A stretch of 64,000 bases of DNA from Bacteroidales bacterium (GTDB taxonomy: Bacteria > Bacteroidota > Bacteroidia > Bacteroidales > JACABE01), in contig JBMOKG010000015.1 of the NCBI GenBank assembly GCA_049315385.1, positions 71 through 64,070 of the forward strand, given 5' to 3'. The translations under genes were made by a program, and so were the position numbers. Positions within the stretch are counted from its first letter, which is position 1; each line of letters opens with the position of its first letter. Below, one piece after another: positions 58,701-64,000 of the stretch. The notes under the pieces are model-generated. The model saw only the letters and a list, made by a program, of their open reading frames with translations. It ran no database searches and was not told where the DNA came from.

Positions 58701-61700
58701 CAGCTGGGTTTCTGAACCAACTTCTAACCGCTATTACACTTATTATTCCATCAATAATGGCAGCAGCTGGAATTCAATTGGCAGCTATACTTACTCCAAT
58801 TCAGTTTCATGGACGATACCCAATTCTCCTAATACGACAAGTCTAATTAAAGTTTCAGATTACGACAACAGCTGTATTCAGGATGTAAGCAATGCCATTT
58901 TTACAATAACCCCTCCCCAACCCTATATTACGGTTACTAATCCTAATTCAAATATGACAACATATGCCAATAATTCCATTAACATTCAATGGATCAGTGC
59001 TTATCTGAGTTCAAGTTTTGTTAAAATTGAATTTACTTATGATAATGGAGTCATTTGGACAACTGTGGTTACACCTACTGAAAACGATGGAAGCTATACT
59101 TGGACTTTGCCCAATATCAATTCACTGAACTGTAAATTCCGTATCAGCGAATACAATAATCCGGCAATTAATGATATAAGTGATGTTAATTTTAAAGTTA
59201 TTCCGCCCTTTATTACGGTTACATCACCCAATGGAGGCGAACAATGGAAAGGATGTTCTTCAAAAAGTATCAGCTGGACTTCAGGTGGATGCTCAGGGAG
59301 TTATAGTATTTATTATTCAAGTAATAATGGTAATACATGGAATTATATTTCAAATACTTCAAGCAGTTACTATACATGGTCGCAGGTAGTTGACATTCCT
59401 ACTTCCAATAATTGTCTGATTAAAGTTCAGGACTATAACAACTCAAACATAAAAGATTCAAGTGATGCTGTTTTTACATTGATAAAAAACAATGATATTA
59501 TTATTACAACGCCTAATGGCGGCGAAAGCTGGGAAGTTGGAACCACAAAAACCATCAGCTGGGTTTCTGAACCAACTTCTAACCGTTTTTACCCCTATTA
59601 TTCCATCAATAATGGAAGCAGCTGGAATTCAATTGGCAGCTATACTTATTCCACTTCAATTTCATGGACAATACCAAATTCTCCTAACACTTCAAGTTTA
59701 ATAAAAATTATAGATTATGACAACAGCTGTATTCAGGATGTAAGCAATACTATATTTACCATTGCCCCTCCCCAACCTTATATTACTGTTACTTATCCCA
59801 ATTCAAATGTAACAACTTATGCCAATAATTCAATTAATATTCAATGGATCAGTGCTTATCTGAGTTCAAGTTTTGTGAAAATAGAATTTACTTTTGACAA
59901 TGGTTCTAATTGGACGACAGTCGTTACACCCACTGAGAACGATGGAAGTTATACATGGATTTTGCCCAATATCAATTCACTGAACTGTAAATTTCGTATC
60001 AGCGAATACAATAATCCATCCATATTTGACGAAAGTGATGTTGTTTTTAAAATAATACCAGCATTTATTTCAGTTACATCTCCAAATGGTGGTGAAAACT
60101 GGGAAGGTTGTACATCAAAAACAATCAGTTGGACTTCCGGAGGTACTTCCGGAACTTTTAATTTATATTATTCTACAAACAATGGGGCAAGCTGGAATTA
60201 CATTAACAATACAACTTCAAGTTCATATACATGGTCACAGGTAGCTGATGTTACAACCTCCAACACTTGTTTAATCAAAGTTCAGGATTATAGCAATACT
60301 GCCGTTAATGATTCCAGTGATGCTGTATTTACATTGAAGCAAAATGATGACATTATTATTAATTCTCCAAATGGAAGTGAACAATGGCTGGCTGGCAGTT
60401 ATCAAAATATCAACTGGGTTTCAGCGGCAACATCAAACCGTTTTTATGTCTATTATTCAACAAATAATGGAGCTAACTGGAATTCAATTTCTAGCTATAC
60501 TTATAGTCAGAATATTAATTGGACAGTTCCTAATACACCTTCAACCAATTGTTTTGTTAAAGTAGTTGATTATGATAACACCTGTATTAAAGACATCAGC
60601 AATACAAATTTTTCTATAATCCCAGGGACTCCTTTATTAACATATCCTAATGGTGGAGAATCATTGTATTACGGTTCGACCTATAATATCAGTTGGACCA
60701 GCGAGTATTTCTATTCTAGCTACGTGAGTTTAAACTATTCAGCAGACAGTGGAGCAAGCTGGCTCCCGATAGCTTCTGTTGCAAATAATAATGGTAGTTA
60801 TTCATGGAATGTGCCAAATAATTTTTCTAATAAATGCCTTTTAAAAGTAAATGAATACAACAATCCTTTAAATTTTGACATTAGTAATGCTATTTTTAGT
60901 ATCAAACCCGGATTAGTAATAACTTCTCCTAATGGAGATAATGGATTGGAAGACTGGAGGGTATGTACTCAAACTACAATAAAATGGAATACAGGAGGTG
61001 GTTCAGGTAATTATAAAATTGAATATTCAATTGATAATGGATTAAACTGGACGAATATTATCAGCAGTTATTCATCATCCGGTTCAAATAATACTTATGA
61101 CTGGAGTATACCAAATACTCCTTCGACGCATTGTTTAATAAGAATAACTGATAACAGTTATGCTATAAAAACTGATATTAGTGATGCTAGTTTCACGATT
61201 ACACCAGCTATTGTAATCAATACTCCAAACGGAGGTGAAAGTCTGCAACCAGGAGCCACTCAAAATATCAGCTGGACCGCTATAGGATCCTCAAGCTATT
61301 ATAGTATTGATTACTCAATAAATGGAGGTAGTACATGGACAAATATAGTTTATAATCAGAATATACCAGGCAACAGTTATACATGGTTGATTCCTGCAGC
61401 TTCTTCGTCCAATTGCCTTATAAAAGTGACTGATTTTATCAATAATTGTAAATTGGATAAAAGCGACAATGCATTTGCCATCGGATTACCTTCACCAACC
61501 ATAACGATTACAAGCCCTAATGGTGGTGAAAATCTAAGTGGTTGTGTCAATCAGAATATCACCTGGTCATCAACCGGAACTTCAGGGAATTACATAATAG
61601 AATATACTTCAGACAGTAGTTTAAGCTGGAATACGATTATCAGTAATTACAGTACTTTGAGCGGTACTTTCTCATGGAATATTCCTAATATCAATTCAAG

Positions 61701-63510
61701 CAAATGTAAAATCAGAATAAAAGATTTCAATAACGGGAGTACCATTGATGTAAGTAATAATTTTTTTACAATTAGCCAAAGTGTTACTGCTGTCATATCA
61801 GCAAATGGACCAACTACATTTTGTAGCGGAGGAAATGTTGTATTAAGTTCTTCAAGCCTTTCAGGCAATATCTGGTATCCTGGAGGACAGACAACTCAAT
61901 CCATTACAGTTACTTCTGGAGGCCTCTATTATGTAACTGTAACTAACGCAGGATGTACAGCAGTTTCAAACAATATAGGAGTTACAGCCAATTCATTACC
62001 TGCTGCACCTATCGCTTCAAGCAATTCACCTGTAGCTTTGAACGGAACCCTGCAATTAACAGCTAGTACAATTCCTAATGCCAGTTATACCTGGTCAGGC
62101 CCTAATAGTTTCTCATCCGTTCAGCAGAATCCTACGATCTTTAATGCTTCTTCAGTTCTAAACGGAGTATATTCAGTAAGAGCAATCGTTAATAGCTGTC
62201 AGAGTCCGGTCGCAACCATTAATGTTACAGTATCCGGAACCTCCAATATTGTAAATATTTCTGGCAATGTTCATGTAGAACAAGGATATTTAATGAATAA
62301 TGTAAAAATGAAATTAAGTGGTTCAGGCAGCAATGATTCCATTAACACTTCAAGTAACGGTATATACAGCTTTAATGTGTTACAGGGAAATTCATATTCG
62401 ATCACACCTTCTAAAGTAAATGATATACCGGCATTGAGTGGCTTATCCACTCTCGATTTGATATTAATACAACGTCATATTTTAAATATTCAATCTTTAA
62501 ACTCAGCTTATAAAATAATTGCAGCTGATGTAAATCAATCAGGGAATGTTTCAACGATGGATATATTGCTAATCAAATCATTAATTTTGCAAACTGCTTC
62601 AAATTTCCCAAATAATGAAATCTGGAAATTTGTAAATTCCGATTATTCTTTTCCAAATCCACAACAAGCATTTCCTTTTGAAAATACACGTTCGTACAGC
62701 TATGCAAATAACCTGAACGATCAGAACTTTATTGCCATTAAACTTGGAGATGTTAATAATAGCTGGAATCCTAACATCACAAAATCAAGCAATGTTGGTA
62801 ATTTGAATTTTGAAATGAATGGTCAAAATGCTAATCTGGGCGATATTATTACTATCCCTGTTAAGGTTAGTAATTTCAACAATATAAGTGGTTATCAATT
62901 TACTATGGAATGGAGTCCCAATGATTTTGAATTTGTAAGCGTTGATAATGCTTATTTAACAGGATATTATGGGATTAACCATGCTAATTCAGGAAGAATC
63001 ACTGCATTGTGGAGTACAGAAAATCCGAATGGGTTTTCACTAACTGATGGTACAATTGTCTTTGAACTAAAATTAAAGGTAATCAATCAAAATCAAACAA
63101 ATGCAATTGTTCAGATTAATGCTTCGCTAACACAAAGTGAAGCATATAATAACAATTTAGAACAACTCAGCATTCTTGCAAATCCTGCAAGTATCTCAAT
63201 AAATAATAGTATTTCGGTAAAAGAAAATGAAGAGAAAGGATATAAATTTTTACAAAACATTCCAAATCCTTTTAATGACAAAACCGAAATAATTTTCGAA
63301 CTACCACATAACGAACATGTTATTTTTGAAATTTATAATACTTTGGGTGAGGTTGTAAATACGATTTCCGGTGATTTTTATGCAGGAGTCAACAGAATTA
63401 CATGGGATGGAAGAAATAGGAAGATGAAAGCTTTATGTAACGGAAGTTATTATTTGCAAATGAGAGCCGGTAAATTTACAGGATTCAGAAAATTGATAAT
63501 ATTGCGATAA
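55720..63510 (+). CDS. Giant T9SS-sorted surface protein (2596 aa): 21 SPNGGExW-type ~95-aa domains, 2 Ig-like domains, a CarboxypepD_reg-like domain, a dockerin-like segment, a cohesin-like domain and a CTD
   Basis: ORF track. Signal peptide MARKTTFLVIALLLAIYTANA. The dockerin-like loop is AADVNQSGNVSTMDILLIKSLIL. The cohesin-like segment is LGDIITIPVKVSNFNNISGYQFTMEWSPNDFEFVSV...GTIVFELKLKVIN. The CTD is LQNIPNPFNDKTEIIFELPHNEHVIFEIYNTLGEVV...GSYYLQMRAGKFTGFRKLIILR. Confidence 0.9.
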   Translation: MARKTTFLVIALLLAIYTANAASITITSPNGGEVWAGCTQKSITWTASGTSNNYTIDYTTDGGVSWISVTSSLYITSGSFSWTVPNINSTNCKIRIVDSNTPSCSDMSDYTFSITAPLLLISPNGGESWQAGSYKNINWVANGTTNYYDIYYSTNAGTSWTNIVNNQYISGQTYNWLLPNSPSEQCLIKIQDHSNTSCMVDISNNLFTITPPTPSITVSSPNGGNTLYAGNSYTISWYSAYVTSNLVKIEYSTDNANNWIPITTSTSNSGSYSWTVPYTFSTNCLVKITDLSNPATYDQSNSVFSIQPPFISLVSPNGGENWQGCSTQTISWTSGGTSGSYGIYYSTNNAASWNLLTTSSSSYYTWTPVPNLSSSACLVKVMDYNNAGIKDSSDAVFNISQNTDIIITTPNGGEQWEAGTYKNIEWVSAPAVTNFSVFYSINSGSSWTSIISNTYSKTLNWSVPNSPTANALIKVVDYSNSCKFDVSNANFTITNPTPIITLNYPNSNITTYANNSINIQWSTSYVTDNYVKIEITSDNGNSWTTVINPTENDGSYTWTLPNINSQNCRFRVSAFSNNLIKDESDVNFKVIPPFITVTSPNGGEQWKGCSSKSISWTSGGCSGSYSIYYSSNNGNTWNYISNTSSSYYTWSQVVDIPTSNNCLIKVQDYNNSNIKDSSDDVFTLIKNNDIIITTPNGDESWEVGTTKTISWVSEPTSNRYYTYYSINNGSSWNSIGSYTYSNSVSWTIPNSPNTTSLIKVSDYDNSCIQDVSNAIFTITPPQPYITVTNPNSNMTTYANNSINIQWISAYLSSSFVKIEFTYDNGVIWTTVVTPTENDGSYTWTLPNINSLNCKFRISEYNNPAINDISDVNFKVIPPFITVTSPNGGEQWKGCSSKSISWTSGGCSGSYSIYYSSNNGNTWNYISNTSSSYYTWSQVVDIPTSNNCLIKVQDYNNSNIKDSSDDVFTLIKNNDIIITTPNGDESWEVGTTKTISWVSEPTSNRYYTYYSINNGSSWNSIGSYTYSNSVSWTIPNSPNTTSLIKVSDYDNSCIQDVSNAIFTITPPQPYITVTNPNSNMTTYANNSINIQWISAYLSSSFVKIEFTYDNGVIWTTVVTPTENDGSYTWTLPNINSLNCKFRISEYNNPAINDISDVNFKVIPPFITVTSPNGGEQWKGCSSKSISWTSGGCSGSYSIYYSSNNGNTWNYISNTSSSYYTWSQVVDIPTSNNCLIKVQDYNNSNIKDSSDAVFTLIKNNDIIITTPNGGESWEVGTTKTISWVSEPTSNRFYPYYSINNGSSWNSIGSYTYSTSISWTIPNSPNTSSLIKIIDYDNSCIQDVSNTIFTIAPPQPYITVTYPNSNVTTYANNSINIQWISAYLSSSFVKIEFTFDNGSNWTTVVTPTENDGSYTWILPNINSLNCKFRISEYNNPSIFDESDVVFKIIPAFISVTSPNGGENWEGCTSKTISWTSGGTSGTFNLYYSTNNGASWNYINNTTSSSYTWSQVADVTTSNTCLIKVQDYSNTAVNDSSDAVFTLKQNDDIIINSPNGSEQWLAGSYQNINWVSAATSNRFYVYYSTNNGANWNSISSYTYSQNINWTVPNTPSTNCFVKVVDYDNTCIKDISNTNFSIIPGTPLLTYPNGGESLYYGSTYNISWTSEYFYSSYVSLNYSADSGASWLPIASVANNNGSYSWNVPNNFSNKCLLKVNEYNNPLNFDISNAIFSIKPGLVITSPNGDNGLEDWRVCTQTTIKWNTGGGSGNYKIEYSIDNGLNWTNIISSYSSSGSNNTYDWSIPNTPSTHCLIRITDNSYAIKTDISDASFTITPAIVINTPNGGESLQPGATQNISWTAIGSSSYYSIDYSINGGSTWTNIVYNQNIPGNSYTWLIPAASSSNCLIKVTDFINNCKLDKSDNAFAIGLPSPTITITSPNGGENLSGCVNQNITWSSTGTSGNYIIEYTSDSSLSWNTIISNYSTLSGTFSWNIPNINSSKCKIRIKDFNNGSTIDVSNNFFTISQSVTAVISANGPTTFCSGGNVVLSSSSLSGNIWYPGGQTTQSITVTSGGLYYVTVTNAGCTAVSNNIGVTANSLPAAPIASSNSPVALNGTLQLTASTIPNASYTWSGPNSFSSVQQNPTIFNASSVLNGVYSVRAIVNSCQSPVATINVTVSGTSNIVNISGNVHVEQGYLMNNVKMKLSGSGSNDSINTSSNGIYSFNVLQGNSYSITPSKVNDIPALSGLSTLDLILIQRHILNIQSLNSAYKIIAADVNQSGNVSTMDILLIKSLILQTASNFPNNEIWKFVNSDYSFPNPQQAFPFENTRSYSYANNLNDQNFIAIKLGDVNNSWNPNITKSSNVGNLNFEMNGQNANLGDIITIPVKVSNFNNISGYQFTMEWSPNDFEFVSVDNAYLTGYYGINHANSGRITALWSTENPNGFSLTDGTIVFELKLKVINQNQTNAIVQINASLTQSEAYNNNLEQLSILANPASISINNSISVKENEEKGYKFLQNIPNPFNDKTEIIFELPHNEHVIFEIYNTLGEVVNTISGDFYAGVNRITWDGRNRKMKALCNGSYYLQMRAGKFTGFRKLIILR
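55786..61782 (+). repeat. 21 tandem ~95-aa SPNGGExW-type beta-sandwich domains with a three-domain (285-aa) superperiod
   Basis: The 5997 nt divide into 21 units of about 95 aa. Consensus is (I/V)(T/S)SPNGGE.W..G....I.W.......Y.I.YS...G..W..I........Y.W.(V/I)PN..S..C.(I/V)K(I/V).D......D.S(D/N)..F.I. Types a (GC..K.ISWTSGG.SG), b (IIITTPNG.E.WE.G) and c (YPNSN.TTYANNSINIQW) recur in that order. Confidence 0.85.
57511..59459 (+). repeat. Perfectly periodic 855-bp in-frame tandem duplication (2.28 units); a third unit continues diverged to about 60075
   Basis: Direct comparison shows 57511..58365 equals 58366..59220, and 58366..58604 equals 59221..59459. The first mismatch is at 59460 (A versus C at 58605). 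Track mini-ORFs 57782/58637 and 58325/59180 are identical in protein, consistent with this. Confidence 0.95.
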
Positions 63511-63526
63511 TTAATTGCAAATCCAG

Positions 63527-64000
63527 ATGAAAAAATTAATGAAAATAACTTTAAATTTCATATTTTTAATACTATTTCTTGGATTGTTGAATATAAATGC
63601 CAACTGTCAAAGCAATTCGGTAATAGTTAAAATAGATAGTGTTACTGCGAGTAACGGAGCTCAGGTAATCGTTCCGGTTCGTGTAAATAACTTTCATAAT
63701 ATGATTTCCGCTCAGGGTACGATTAACTTTAATCCTTCTGTTGCAACTTTTGCTTCAATATCACAATTCGGACTTCCTGCTATGAATATGGGTAATTTTG
63801 GAATTACTCAGATTAGTTCAGGCAAACTGGTTTTTTCGTGGAGTGATGCAAATCTCGCAGGTGTAAATCTCGCTGATTCTACTATTATTTTCTCTATAAA
63901 ATTTAATATTATCGGAACTTCCGGTCAGCAAACTTTAATTTCTCTGACGAATACTCCTACTCTTATTGAATTTGTAAATTCATCATTTAATACAGTTACT
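63527..64000 (+). CDS. Secreted cohesin-like domain protein, N-terminal 158 codons; CDS continues past the right window edge
   Basis: Not in the ORF track because it is edge-truncated. The ATG at 63527 is 16 nt after the previous stop. Translation is MKKLMKITLNFIFLILFLGLLNINANCQSNSVIVKIDSVTASNGAQVIVPVRVNNFHNMISAQGTINFNPSVATFASISQFGLP...GKLVFSWSDANLAGVNLADSTIIFSIKFNIIG. It shows the same cohesin-like pattern as the upstream protein's C-terminal region. Confidence 0.75.
   Translation, partial: MKKLMKITLNFIFLILFLGLLNINANCQSNSVIVKIDSVTASNGAQVIVPVRVNNFHNMISAQGTINFNPSVATFASISQFGLPAMNMGNFGITQISSGKLVFSWSDANLAGVNLADSTIIFSIKFNIIGTSGQQTLISLTNTPTLIEFVNSSFNTVT

Noticed and set aside
57511-60075. CRISPR-like regular repeats
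   Set aside because: The period is 855 bp with no short repeat/spacer alternation. The repeats are in-frame coding sequence of a domain array, and no cas genes are present.
1-64000. Mobile element, prophage, defence or toxin-antitoxin content
   Set aside because: No transposase, integrase, recombinase, phage structural, restriction, Cas, nuclease or toxin-like motifs appeared in any long ORF. No terminal inverted repeats bound the island within the window.

Overview
AT-rich bacterial window (roughly one-third G+C by eye, not computed), very likely Bacteroidota-type. Support: Por/T9SS-type C-terminal sorting tails on nearly every protein, TAnnTTTG -7 promoter boxes, and a TPR hybrid sensor kinase/response regulator with an AraC HTH. 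By ORF coordinates, about 55.4 of 64 kb (about 86%) encodes nine secreted proteins. Seven are giants of 1673-3418 aa, arranged divergently around a 436-bp AT-rich spacer at 15.2-15.6 kb. The giants are mosaics of a small set of modules: a beta-helix head, GEVED domains, an FN3-like module, an 86-aa PKD-like module, SprB-like and Ig-like repeats, an EYFxDxDPGxGNG repeat and a 95-aa SPNGGExW repeat. Five of them end in the same ~510-aa C-terminal module, which I cannot assign to a named family. A sixth, decayed copy of that module lies just downstream of one giant. There are signs of ongoing recombination: a 468-bp tract identical between two paralogs, a perfectly periodic 855-bp in-frame tandem duplication, and a fossil end-to-end fusion. 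The only regulator sits between two giants and is followed by a three-copy GCAACATTA site. The last giant carries dockerin-like and cohesin-like modules, and the next gene opens with another cohesin-like module. The left edge holds the 5' part of an M6-type metalloprotease gene that the ORF track missed. I saw no rRNA, tRNA, CRISPR array, transposase, integrase, reverse transcriptase or recognisable defence or toxin genes. All domain names come from motif recognition by eye, not from searches.
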